53,160 nucleotides of DNA from Rubripirellula sp. GTDB lineage: Bacteria > Planctomycetota > Planctomycetia > Pirellulales > Pirellulaceae. The DNA lies in NCBI GenBank assembly GCA_051010815.1, contig JBPCVD010000761.1:1-53160 (forward strand), read 5' to 3'. This document shows, piece after piece, positions 1 through 8,985 of this stretch. How positions within the stretch are numbered: the stretch's first letter is position 1; each line of letters begins with the position of its first letter. Below the pieces are notes generated by a model that was not told the origin of the DNA, ran no database searches, and saw only the letters and a list, made by a program, of their open reading frames with translations. The position numbers and the translations under genes were made by a program.

Positions 1-131
1 GGATTCTCGGGCAGCTTGCCATCAAGCTTTTTGCGGACCCTCTCCACAAGTTGATCCGACGCTTTGGATTCAACGACGCCGCTCTTGGCGACCATTTGCA
101 GGAAGCGTTCCGATGTTAGCTTTTGCGTCAT
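1..131 (-). CDS. 5' end of a gene running off the window (MTQKLTSERFLQMVAKSGVV...), probably a planctomycete Ser/Thr protein kinase
   Basis: ATG at 131-129 with an open frame to the window edge. The N-terminus resembles the F(L)xxxxxSG(L/V)(L/V) leader of planctomycete Ser/Thr kinases, but the kinase domain is not visible. Confidence 0.5.
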   Translation of the reverse strand, partial: MTQKLTSERFLQMVAKSGVVESKASDQLVERVRKKLDGKLPEN

Positions 132-433
132 GGGCTGCCAGCCGTGACCCCATGGAGTAGAAGGAGTTGGTGTGAGAAGATAACAGGTTTAGCCTGGCTG
201 GTTAAGCGATAAGCGAAGTTTCAGACTCCGTTTTCGTTTCACATGAATCATGGTTCGACCGCGATCGGGGTCGACTTTGACTCCAGAAACCAATGTAATT
301 GTACCGCCAACGGAGTGCGACGATATTTCTCCACTCGGCGGGTTCTGGGGGATGTCACGGAGCGGATATACCGGTTAGTGCCAAATTCCGCGAACGATTC
401 ACGCGTGTATTCAGCTGATTGCCCCGCACGAAC

Positions 434-1171
434 ATGCCCTTAACCTCCAAACCCGACGATCCTGTCGTTCTCGGACTGATGACAAAGTATTGGGAACCGG
501 GCCGGGTGAAAACCCGCTTGGGCCAATCGATCGGGATGGAATCCGCCGCTTTACTGCACCGATTATTCGTCTCCTACCTGTGCGAAAATTTGGTCGAGGT
601 TGGCGGGCGACTTGAGCTCTGCGTCTCTCCGCCACAGTCGTTAACCCTAATCGGGGAACAACTCAGAACATGGGGGCTCTCCGACCGCTGGGGGATCACC
701 AGTCAGTGTGATGGCGATCTGGGCGTTCGGATCCGCCATTGGTTCCACCGAACCTTGATGGAAAATCCCAATGCTAGCGCTTTGTTGATTGGCAGCGATT
801 GCCCGACGCTGACCCGTGGAGATATTCAGTGCGCTGCGAAAGCATTGGACAACGACGACGTCGTGTTAGGTCCTGCGGTGGACGGCGGATACTACCTCAT
901 CGGTATCCGGGGACCCTGGCGTCCCGAATTCGATTCCCTATTTCAAGCGATCCCTTGGAGTACCGATCGTGTCTTCACGGTCACCAAAAAGCGATTAGCC
1001 GAGACGAAACTGACATCATCCGATCTTGATCAACGAGAAGACGTCGACACAATCGAGGAACTCATGAACTTGCGTCGTGCTTTGATGACCTGCACCGAGC
1101 ACAGTCCATTGAGATCCCGCATGAACGAGATTCTAAAAGCGTTTCCAACGACACTCGAGAAGACCGAATGA
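434..1171 (+). CDS. TIGR04282/DUF2064-family glycosyltransferase-like protein (CofC-like nucleotidyltransferase fold)
   Basis: Motifs KxxxPGRVKTRL, QxxGDLGxR, IGSDCP, VLGPAxDGGYYLIG, IPWST, DVDT. ATG at 434 is preferred over TTG at 419. Confidence 0.85.
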   Translation: MPLTSKPDDPVVLGLMTKYWEPGRVKTRLGQSIGMESAALLHRLFVSYLCENLVEVGGRLELCVSPPQSLTLIGEQLRTWGLSDRWGITSQCDGDLGVRIRHWFHRTLMENPNASALLIGSDCPTLTRGDIQCAAKALDNDDVVLGPAVDGGYYLIGIRGPWRPEFDSLFQAIPWSTDRVFTVTKKRLAETKLTSSDLDQREDVDTIEELMNLRRALMTCTEHSPLRSRMNEILKAFPTTLEKTE

Positions 1172-2304
1172 AGCGACACGCAATCGTCGTAGGCGGTGGA
1201 GTGATTGGGCTGAGCTTGGCCTGGGAACTTGCAAAACGTGGAACACAGGTCTCTGTAGTCGACCGCGCCCTAATGGGACGTGCGACTTCTTGGGCTGGCG
1301 CCGGAATTCTGCCCCCCGCCAATCGCGCGACGGCGACTGACCCCATTGATCAACTGCGCGGGCTAAGTCACGAACTGTATCCCAAATGGGGACTCGAGTT
1401 AAAGTCGGCCACAGCGATCGATCCCGAACTTCATCGCTGCGGCGGGTTATATCTGGCAGAGACTCCGGGTGAACGAGCCTCGATGTTAGGCATGACCGAG
1501 TACTGGCGTGAGTTGTCGATCAACTGCGAGAGATGGGAACCCTCCGACTTGGTGCAGAGAGAGCCGGCGTTGGAGTCATGGATCCATCGTGTGGACAATG
1601 CGGCCGCGTGGTTCGTCCCCGATGAATATCAAATCCGGCCTCCTCGGTACTTACGCGCGTTATTGGCCGCATGCCGAGATTGCGGAGTTGAATTGATTGA
1701 CGCCGCAGAGGTTACGGACGTGCGTGTAAGCGATGGAACGGCGGCAATCCACTATCTCGATCAGTGGCATTCGAGCGATGCCATCGTCCTGACGAGCGGT
1801 GCATGGACCGGCCGCATCGCTCCCTCATTACAACTCGATCACAGTGTGATTCCAGTTCGCGGACAGATCTTGTTACTCAAGACTGAAGCACCAATTACGA
1901 GAAGTGTGATCAACGTTGGGCAACGTTACATTGTTTGTCGCGACGATGGTCACACGCTGATCGGGTCGTGCGAAGAGGAAACGGGTTTCGAACTCGGAAC
2001 AACGGATGCGGTACTCGATTCGCTTCACCAATTCGCAAGCGAGCTCATTCCGGAACTGGGGATGGCTAGGCGAGCCGGAGCTTGGTCTGGACTTCGTCCA
2101 ATGACGTTCGACGGGTTCCCCATGATCGGACGCATGCCTGATTGCGAAAACCTGTTTGTGGCCGCGGGCCATTACCGAAGCGGGCTGCACCTTGCTCCTG
2201 GAACGGCGGTGGTGGTTGCAGATCTAATTGATGGTATGCAACCATGCATCGACCTCGCTCCTTTCCGAGTGGGAAAGCAGCAACACGACCAGACGACTCA
2301 ATAG
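1168..2304 (+). CDS. FAD-dependent oxidoreductase, glycine oxidase/DAO (ThiO-like) family
   Basis: GGGVIG Rossmann motif, ATSWAGAGIL, PVRGQ, WSGLRPxTxDGxPxIG, GHYRxGL. ATGA overlap with the upstream gene. Confidence 0.85.
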   Translation: MKRHAIVVGGGVIGLSLAWELAKRGTQVSVVDRALMGRATSWAGAGILPPANRATATDPIDQLRGLSHELYPKWGLELKSATAIDPELHRCGGLYLAETPGERASMLGMTEYWRELSINCERWEPSDLVQREPALESWIHRVDNAAAWFVPDEYQIRPPRYLRALLAACRDCGVELIDAAEVTDVRVSDGTAAIHYLDQWHSSDAIVLTSGAWTGRIAPSLQLDHSVIPVRGQILLLKTEAPITRSVINVGQRYIVCRDDGHTLIGSCEEETGFELGTTDAVLDSLHQFASELIPELGMARRAGAWSGLRPMTFDGFPMIGRMPDCENLFVAAGHYRSGLHLAPGTAVVVADLIDGMQPCIDLAPFRVGKQQHDQTTQ

Positions 2305-2315
2305 CCGACATTTCA

Positions 2316-3005
2316 ATGAATCAACCAGAGCCTCCCGACGCGGAAATGACGCTTGATCCACCGGGCTCCATCGCAATCGTCGGTGCGGGGCCCTTGGGGC
2401 TGGAAGCTGCACTGTACGGTCGATTCTTAGGGTATGACGTCGTTGTTTTAGAGGCAGGAGTGATCGGTCAAAACCTATACCCACTCTTTAGCGAGGTGCC
2501 ACCCGTTTTGCCGGATCAATGCCTTTCCGCGCTCGCACAATCTGCGTTAGCGGCACAACTCGAAGCTGATCCCAGTGCCTCCCTAACGTTGCCGACGACG
2601 GTTGAGCAATGGGTGCAACTCGGTTTGGAGCCGCTCGCCCAAACCGACTTATTGCGAGGGCGTGTTTTCGCCTCCACCCGAATCACAATGATTCAGCCGA
2701 TCGTGGTAGAGGCTGACGAAGTGGGCGAAGACACGACTGATTTGCCTTCAGACTTTCAGCTCACGTCCGCTGACGACGACGGTGCCGATGAAAACCGGAG
2801 GGTTGAGGCTGTTATTCTGGCTACCGGAAATCAGTGTGATATTGATGTGAAACTGGAAAGCTCCTGCCCCTATTTTTTCCGGATCGGTGGAACGGGTGCT
2901 GCAAATGATGTTGACCTGCTGGAAGGGCGTCGACAGATCGCGGGCATTTTTGCGCAGCTAGCGGGACGATCTGACTTGGACCTCTATCGCCCGCGACGCG
3001 TCTGA
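2316..3005 (+). CDS. short NAD(P)/FAD-binding Rossmann-fold protein
   Basis: IAIVGAGPLGLEAA and VILATG motifs; only about 229 aa. Confidence 0.7.
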   Translation: MNQPEPPDAEMTLDPPGSIAIVGAGPLGLEAALYGRFLGYDVVVLEAGVIGQNLYPLFSEVPPVLPDQCLSALAQSALAAQLEADPSASLTLPTTVEQWVQLGLEPLAQTDLLRGRVFASTRITMIQPIVVEADEVGEDTTDLPSDFQLTSADDDGADENRRVEAVILATGNQCDIDVKLESSCPYFFRIGGTGAANDVDLLEGRRQIAGIFAQLAGRSDLDLYRPRRV

Positions 3006-3233
3006 GATCTCAAGGTCATGCCGGTTGTACGGGCTTTTCCAGTTGAGCCTGCTGCAGAAGCAAGCGTTTCTTTTTTGCGACATCCGTCTCGTGTCCACAA
3101 CGTGATCTAGCTTTGTGTGGCGATTTGTACTCGCGACCGGCTTGGTTGCGATTCCGATCGTTTTGCGACACAAACGAACGCCGGGCATCGGTTCCTTCGA
3201 TCGTTAGCGTACAAGCAGCTCGGGGGACCCTTC

Positions 3234-3473
3234 ATGATCAAGCTGACTCGACTCGACGGCGAAGCATTCGTGCTGAACGCCGACCTCATTCGATATGTCG
3301 AGCGTCGACCCGATACGTTCATCACTCTGACCAATGGCGAACGCATCGTCGTCACCGAGTCGATGGAAATGGTGATCGAGCGTGCTGTGCAATATCAACA
3401 ACAGAAGCACTACATGCCGATGCCCACGGTGATTCCCACCGTCGACCCGACTTCGACGCCAGCCACAAACTGA
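3234..3473 (+). CDS. flbD: flagellar protein FlbD/SwrD
   Basis: MIKLTRLDGxxFVLNADLIxYVExxPDTxITLTNG is the FlbD pattern. GGGGGA RBS; directly upstream of motA. Confidence 0.9.
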   Translation: MIKLTRLDGEAFVLNADLIRYVERRPDTFITLTNGERIVVTESMEMVIERAVQYQQQKHYMPMPTVIPTVDPTSTPATN

Positions 3474-3488
3474 TCGCAGACACACACC

Positions 3489-4250
3489 ATGGATATTGCC
3501 AGTCTTATCGGTTTGATCCTCGCGATTGGTCTGATCATCGCTTCGATCGCGCTCGGGAATGCGCCCTTCACCGCCTTCGTCGATATTCCGTCAATGCTGG
3601 TGGTCTTTGGCGGTGCGAGCGCTGCTGCGTTGATCTGTTTCCCACTCAACAGCATACTCAAGGCGCCAATGATCGCATTGAAAGTGCTGTTGAACAAAAG
3701 TGAGGATCGACTTGGCCTGATCAAGCAGATCGTTGGGCTTGCCGAAACAGCTAGACGTGACGGACTTCTCGCTCTCGAAGCAAAAGTCACGGACATCGAG
3801 AACCCATTGGTTCGCACAGGAATTCAGATGGCTGTCGATGGCAGCACACCGGACGTCGTCGAAGAGGTTCTACGCACAGAGGTAGAAGCCATCGCAACAC
3901 GACACCGCGAGGGCAAGAGCATCATGGAGCAACTCGGACGATTTGCGCCTGCCTACGGGATGATCGGAACGCTGATGGGACTGATCATGATGTTGCAGGA
4001 CATGAGCGACCCCTCTGGAATCGGCGCGGGCATGGCCATCGCCTTAATCACAACGCTGTACGGCGCGATTGTAGCGAACGTCTTTTTCAGTCCCTTCGCA
4101 GCAAAGCTTGGACTGATGAGTCGCAATGAAATGGTGAGCTTCGAGATCGCAATTCGAGGCGTGATGGCGATTCAGTCCGGCGAGAGTCCGCGTGCCATCG
4201 ACCAAAAACTTCGTACATTCTTGCCTCCCAAACAGCGTGACGCCGAGTAA
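3489..4250 (+). CDS. motA: flagellar stator A subunit (MotA/PomA type)
   Basis: ARRDGLLALE, APAYGMIGTLMGL, ALITTLYG, IQSGESP. Confidence 0.95.
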   Translation: MDIASLIGLILAIGLIIASIALGNAPFTAFVDIPSMLVVFGGASAAALICFPLNSILKAPMIALKVLLNKSEDRLGLIKQIVGLAETARRDGLLALEAKVTDIENPLVRTGIQMAVDGSTPDVVEEVLRTEVEAIATRHREGKSIMEQLGRFAPAYGMIGTLMGLIMMLQDMSDPSGIGAGMAIALITTLYGAIVANVFFSPFAAKLGLMSRNEMVSFEIAIRGVMAIQSGESPRAIDQKLRTFLPPKQRDAE

Positions 4251-4253
4251 GCA

Positions 4254-5030
4254 ATGAATGACGAACCCGAAGAGATCGGCATCCCCGAGTGGGTGGTCAC
4301 GTTCGGTGACATGATGAGCCTCTTGTTGACGTTCTTCATCCTGTTGGTCTCGCTTAGCGAAATCAAAGAGGAAGAAACCTATCAGGCTCTTGTCGATTCC
4401 ATGCAACGGCAGTTCGGGTATTCCCGAACGCTCGACGCTCTGACGCCAGGTGAGTCGCGTCCGAGAAGTGCGGCGTTCACTACGCTCGCAACGACTGGTC
4501 GTGCCAAGAAGAAAGACACGGCTCAGGGTGGCGTGCCCGAGAAGGCCCCGAGTGGCGAAGCACCTCAAGTCCGCATCGTCCGTCCCGGTCAAATGACTGC
4601 AGTTGGATCGGTCGTCTTCTTCGAATTGGGATCCGAGAAAATCACACCCGCCGCAAATGCGATCATCAAAGATCTGGCGATACAGTTGCGTGGCAAACCG
4701 CAAAAGATCGAAGTTCGCGGGCATGTTTCTGCTGAATTCGCTGCCAGAACTGCCGGCACAGACGAAGCCGTGATGCTCGGTTTCCGAAGGGCCGCAGCGG
4801 TCCGTCGAATACTTGTCGAACGCGAGGGCCTCCACTCGGCGCGTTTCCGCATCTCATCCGCCGCCGACAGCGAGCCGATGAGCCGGACGGGCCGAAGCAC
4901 CGCCATCGCACGTAACCCGCGAGTCGAGGTCTTCATGCTGGATGAAACCGTAGAAGATCTTCATGGTACGGCTGATGAAAGACAGGCAGCAACCATCCGC
5001 TCAAGTGGGGCAACTCCAAAGGATCAATGA
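4254..5030 (+). CDS. motB: flagellar stator B subunit (MotB/PomB type, OmpA-like C-terminal domain)
   Basis: WVVTFGDMMSLLLTFF transmembrane motif with the conserved Asp; IEVRGH...RAxAV...NPRVEV peptidoglycan-binding domain. Confidence 0.92.
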   Translation: MNDEPEEIGIPEWVVTFGDMMSLLLTFFILLVSLSEIKEEETYQALVDSMQRQFGYSRTLDALTPGESRPRSAAFTTLATTGRAKKKDTAQGGVPEKAPSGEAPQVRIVRPGQMTAVGSVVFFELGSEKITPAANAIIKDLAIQLRGKPQKIEVRGHVSAEFAARTAGTDEAVMLGFRRAAAVRRILVEREGLHSARFRISSAADSEPMSRTGRSTAIARNPRVEVFMLDETVEDLHGTADERQAATIRSSGATPKDQ

Positions 5031-5590
5031 TGTCAAACGAAAAGAAGAAAACCAACGCAAATGACGAATTGGATCTCCACCCTCACAGTGGCGAGGGAGG
5101 TCGAGGCTTGATCATCGCATTCGTTGCAATGGTCGTCCTAATGGAAACGGGGATGTTCTTCTTCCTTGTCCCCAGCGCGGACGAAGTCAGCGCGCTGGCG
5201 GAAGCAAATCTGATCCGATCGGTGCAGGAAGGCGAAGCAGCAGCCGAGGAAATTACCTCCGATGAGAACACCGTCAAGGAATTCAAACTCGGACTCTGTG
5301 GCGAAACATTCAGTCCCATCGATACCGAACGCACCTATCGCGTCGAAATCGATTTGTACGGTCTCACACGCAAAAAGAACCGTGATCAGATGCAACGAGA
5401 GTTTGACGACAAGGAAGGCCGTCTACGGCATGCGATCCGAATGAAGATTCGCAACAGTGCTCTTGAGGAGCTGAACGAAAACAATTTGGGGTTGCTTGAA
5501 CGACGTATTTTGACGACATGTAACCACTTATTGGTGGACGATCTGTTGCTTGGCGTTGGATTCAAAAGCTATCAACTCATTGAACAGTAA
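5027..5590 (+). CDS. fliL: FliL-like flagellar basal-body protein
   Basis: Single N-terminal TM helix, suitable size and position between motB and fliN. The sequence is divergent, so the call is mostly positional. Confidence 0.6.
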   Translation: MMSNEKKKTNANDELDLHPHSGEGGRGLIIAFVAMVVLMETGMFFFLVPSADEVSALAEANLIRSVQEGEAAAEEITSDENTVKEFKLGLCGETFSPIDTERTYRVEIDLYGLTRKKNRDQMQREFDDKEGRLRHAIRMKIRNSALEELNENNLGLLERRILTTCNHLLVDDLLLGVGFKSYQLIEQ

Positions 5591-5615
5591 TTCACAGATT
5601 GGTTCCTCGTTGCAT

Positions 5616-5643
5616 TGTGAAACCAACGGTGTGAAACTCCCGG
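5616..5643 (+). repeat. 14-bp imperfect tandem repeat TGTGAAAC-N3-CGG x2 upstream of fliN
   Basis: TGTGAAACCAACGG (5616-5629) and TGTGAAACTCCCGG (5630-5643). Confidence 0.6.
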
Positions 5644-5662
5644 TCCAAGGAAGGACAACCCA

Positions 5663-6130
5663 ATGGCTGACTCAAAAGACCCTTCTGCGCAGCCAGATGC
5701 GATTGAAACTGCGTCGCCGCAGACGTCAGACCCAGGCGTTGCCAGCGATAGTCTGAACACGGATGACATCGAAAAGCTGCTAGACCAGGCGACGGAATCG
5801 CTTGAACACGCAGCCGGCGAAAAAGCCTCACCCCAGGCGACGCCTGCCCCCTTTAGTCTTGGCGATCTGTCACCGGAATCTGAATCGGCTGAACGCCAGC
5901 CCATCGACCTCCTCGGTGAGGTCGAAATGGATCTACGCATCGAACTTGGACGCACACAAATGCGTTTGGAGGAGGTCCTGCAGTTGCGAGGCGGATCGGT
6001 TGTCGCACTCGATAAATTGGCGGGAGACCCCGTGGACGTCTTTGTGAATGGACGGCTCATTGCCCGTGGAGAAGTCTTGGTCATGAACGACAATTTCTGT
6101 ATACGAGTCACTGAATTGGTCGGTGCGTGA
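5663..6130 (+). CDS. fliN: flagellar motor switch protein FliN
   Basis: SpoA domain: IELGRTxMxLxEVLxLxxGSVVxLDKLAGDPVDVxVNGRLIARGEV. AAGGAAGGA RBS. Confidence 0.93.
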   Translation: MADSKDPSAQPDAIETASPQTSDPGVASDSLNTDDIEKLLDQATESLEHAAGEKASPQATPAPFSLGDLSPESESAERQPIDLLGEVEMDLRIELGRTQMRLEEVLQLRGGSVVALDKLAGDPVDVFVNGRLIARGEVLVMNDNFCIRVTELVGA

Positions 6131-6200
6131 TCGAAGTATCGTGCCGCAAGCGACACCCAAGAAGTCATGACGTAAGCAGCTCCACGATAAGACGCCAGCC

Positions 6201-6941
6201 ATGAAGACGCTGTTCCCCTTACTGCTCATTCTGCTCCTCGCCTCAGGCAAATGGCCGCCTGCTAGCCACGCCCAGGAGGGATCCAGTTTGATCCTGAATC
6301 GTGGCCAGATCTCGAGCGTCGCAGCAACGTCGCCGACGGCATACGTTGCAGCGTCGGGCACAAATCATGTGGTGCCCGATCGCAACCAAATACAAGCGAA
6401 CGGCGTCGCACCAGATGCGTCCTACGCGACGACCTCAACGCCAGCATTCCCAAGTCTGTCCCCCGCTGCCGCGCAAGCAGACGCTATCGGCGAAGCATCA
6501 GACGCCAAGACAAGTCGCGTCGCCGGCCCTGCAATCACCGTGACTTCGAGCTTGGCGGTTGTTCTGGGCCTATTCGCAGCCTTGATTTGGTTGACCCGAA
6601 AATTTGGCGGACGCTCCACAAGCCAGGGCACGATCCCGAAAGATGTCTTGCAGAATCTCGGCAGCGTCTCGATCGACCCGCGCACTCAAGTCACCATGCT
6701 TCGCTGTGGCGACCGTATCTTGATCATGGCTCGCACAAGCACGGGCGTGCATCCGCTTGGCGAAATCACCAATCCAGAAGAGGTGAGCAGTCTCACATCT
6801 GCCTGCCTCGGCGATTCAAAGCAGGCATTCGCATCCGCATTGAAGTCGATCGAATCGGAGTCAAACGATCCTGGCTACATCGGCAACGAATCCGACTCGG
6901 CCAACGCCAGGTCCCGCGGGCGTCTTTTCGCAACGGCATAA
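6201..6941 (+). CDS. fliO: FliO/FliZ-family flagellar biosynthesis protein
   Basis: Signal-like N-terminus, TM SSLAVVLGLFAALIWL, then a FliO beta region (VTMLRCGDRILI...PLGEI). Follows fliN. Confidence 0.8.
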   Translation: MKTLFPLLLILLLASGKWPPASHAQEGSSLILNRGQISSVAATSPTAYVAASGTNHVVPDRNQIQANGVAPDASYATTSTPAFPSLSPAAAQADAIGEASDAKTSRVAGPAITVTSSLAVVLGLFAALIWLTRKFGGRSTSQGTIPKDVLQNLGSVSIDPRTQVTMLRCGDRILIMARTSTGVHPLGEITNPEEVSSLTSACLGDSKQAFASALKSIESESNDPGYIGNESDSANARSRGRLFATA

Positions 6942-6960
6942 GCGGGTGGACTACCCACGT

Positions 6961-7884
6961 TCATTTCGCCGTGACAATGCCGAGCCCTCTCATCCACTGC
7001 TCGCAAAGGCTCGGCCATTGCGATGCACCAGGCTTCTTCTTCGCAAGTCCCAGCCCATGACTGCCGGCGGGAAACAGATGCATCTCAGCTGGCACACCGT
7101 TTCTGACACATGCCAAGTAATACTGAATGCTGTTATCGACAGGGACGACCGTGTCAGCCATCGTGTGAAATAGAAAGGTCGGTGGCGTCCGCTCGCTAAC
7201 CTGACGCTCGTTGGACAACGACGCAACCAGCTCCGGACTAGGGGAGTCTCCCAACAGATTTCGCTGACTACCTCGATGCGTGTAAGCTTGATCAAAGGCT
7301 ATCACGGGGTAGCACAAGATCGAAAAATCTGGCCGTGAAGAGACGCGTTCGATCGGATCGGCAGACGCTGCATCGGCATCAAGGAAGTGGGTGGAGACGG
7401 TCGAACAAAGGTGGCCACCTGCGGAGAAACCGATCACGCCGACCCGGTTTGGATCGATATTGAGTTCGTCCGCTCGCGCGCGAAGCGTCTGAATCGCTCG
7501 TTGAGCGTCTTGCATCGGTCGCGGATGGCCATAGCCCTTGCCATCGTTCCCCTTGCCACGCAAACGATAAGTGCAAATCGCGGATGTCACGCCCAGTGAT
7601 GCAAACCATTCGGCGAACTCATGCCCCTCGTGATCCATGGCGTGACCGTGGTAACCACCGCCGGGAAGGATGACAACCGCTGCAGTAGGATCCTCAGAAT
7701 CCACCACCGTGAAGACCAATTCGGGAACGTCACCCGCTTGTTCGCCGACGGAGCCGGGCGCACCATCTGCCCACAAAGGTTCGGTCATCAAGCGTGGCTG
7801 CCCTGCGGCGGCAACATCGACCCCGAGGAATACAAACGCTAGAAAAGGCGTGACGACGAATTTCATCAAGAGAGACCTGCTCAT
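6961..7884 (-). CDS. exported alpha/beta hydrolase (acetylxylan/feruloyl esterase-like)
   Basis: PGGGY oxyanion motif, GFSAGG nucleophile, PPTFL, DxxVP, HGLG; signal peptide. Confidence 0.88.
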   Translation of the reverse strand: MSRSLLMKFVVTPFLAFVFLGVDVAAAGQPRLMTEPLWADGAPGSVGEQAGDVPELVFTVVDSEDPTAAVVILPGGGYHGHAMDHEGHEFAEWFASLGVTSAICTYRLRGKGNDGKGYGHPRPMQDAQRAIQTLRARADELNIDPNRVGVIGFSAGGHLCSTVSTHFLDADAASADPIERVSSRPDFSILCYPVIAFDQAYTHRGSQRNLLGDSPSPELVASLSNERQVSERTPPTFLFHTMADTVVPVDNSIQYYLACVRNGVPAEMHLFPAGSHGLGLAKKKPGASQWPSLCEQWMRGLGIVTAK

Positions 7885-8102
7885 CCACGAGTAGTAATTG
7901 AGAACCCCAAGATCGTATGGAAAAACGCCCCCTCCCGAAGGACGACGGGGTTCTACATTCTCTGCGGCGAATCAATCGCTTGCGCGGTCATTCAATCGAG
8001 GGGACTCCCCAGCCCCGCCTAAAACCGATATCACTCGTCAAGACGGCGGCGACTTGAGCCGCGGTTTGTAGATTCTCGCATCGCCAAAGGAGCGGAAACG
8101 AC

Positions 8103-8981
8103 TTGGCTGGCGCATTCTCAAGCACAGAACCCGTCACTCATGAGAGTGGTCTACGCTGGCGTCTATCGCTTTGGTGGACGGTTCTGCAAACGGCCTTGGA
8201 GGAACGGCTCGTCTATCGCGGTGACTTCGCACTCGGAACGTTGATGCGTTTCCTTCCGATTGTCACTCAGATTTTCCTTTGGTACGCCGTCTTCGATTCG
8301 ATCAAGCCAACCGATGGGGAAAAAACCATCGGTGGGTTCGGATTTCAAGACATCGTTGCCTACTACTTGCTGACGATGATCGCGCGCGCCTTTTCCAGCA
8401 TGCCGGGACTCGCATCGGGGATTGCAAGACAAATTCGCGATGGGGAGATCAAACGCTACCTGATTCAACCGATTGACCTGATCGGATTCCTGCTACTGAA
8501 TCGGATCGCGCACAAGTTGGCCTACTATGCCGTTGCGGCTGCTCCCTTTGCGCTAGTGTTCTATCTATGCCGGCACTACTTCGTTGCCGGTTGGCCGTCG
8601 CTTCCAGTGTTCTTCGCTTTCCTTGGATCGCTGGTGATGGGCTTTCTGATCGGCTTCTTCTTGGAAGCCGCGATTGGCATGATCGGCTTTTGGTTCCTGG
8701 AAGTCTCGTCGTTGCTATTCGTGTACATGCTTTTCAGTTTCTTCTTGTCGGGACACATGTTTCCCCTCACGATGCTGCCTGATGGGATCGAGTCCGTTGT
8801 CAATTTCTTGCCATTCAAGTACCTCGCCTATTTCCCCGCCGCAGTCTTCTTAGGGAAAATCCCGGCAGAAGACCTGCCGATGGAAATGGCGATCGAGGCA
8901 GCGTGGCTTGTCTTCTTTATCATCGTTTGTCGTGTCGCGTACTCTCGCGGCGTCAATCGATACAGCGGATTCGGGGGCTAA
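8103..8981 (+). CDS. ABC-2 type permease (DUF990/ABC2_membrane_6 family)
   Basis: Six TM helices, IRDGxIxRYLxxP, SGxxFPL, LPF. Start codon uncertain. Confidence 0.85.
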   Translation: MAGAFSSTEPVTHESGLRWRLSLWWTVLQTALEERLVYRGDFALGTLMRFLPIVTQIFLWYAVFDSIKPTDGEKTIGGFGFQDIVAYYLLTMIARAFSSMPGLASGIARQIRDGEIKRYLIQPIDLIGFLLLNRIAHKLAYYAVAAAPFALVFYLCRHYFVAGWPSLPVFFAFLGSLVMGFLIGFFLEAAIGMIGFWFLEVSSLLFVYMLFSFFLSGHMFPLTMLPDGIESVVNFLPFKYLAYFPAAVFLGKIPAEDLPMEMAIEAAWLVFFIIVCRVAYSRGVNRYSGFGG

Positions 8982-8985
8982 ACCA

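Noticed and set aside
4044-4835. 263-aa minus-strand ORF, and similar long shadow ORFs (11733-12563, 23346-24269, 28109-28804, 33064-33846)
   Set aside because: They lie antisense to well-supported genes and have no recognisable motifs; such ORFs are expected in GC-rich coding DNA.
7921-7955. GC hairpin in the esterase/ABC-permease divergent spacer as a terminator
   Set aside because: The stem is interrupted and lies between divergent starts, where no transcript should end.
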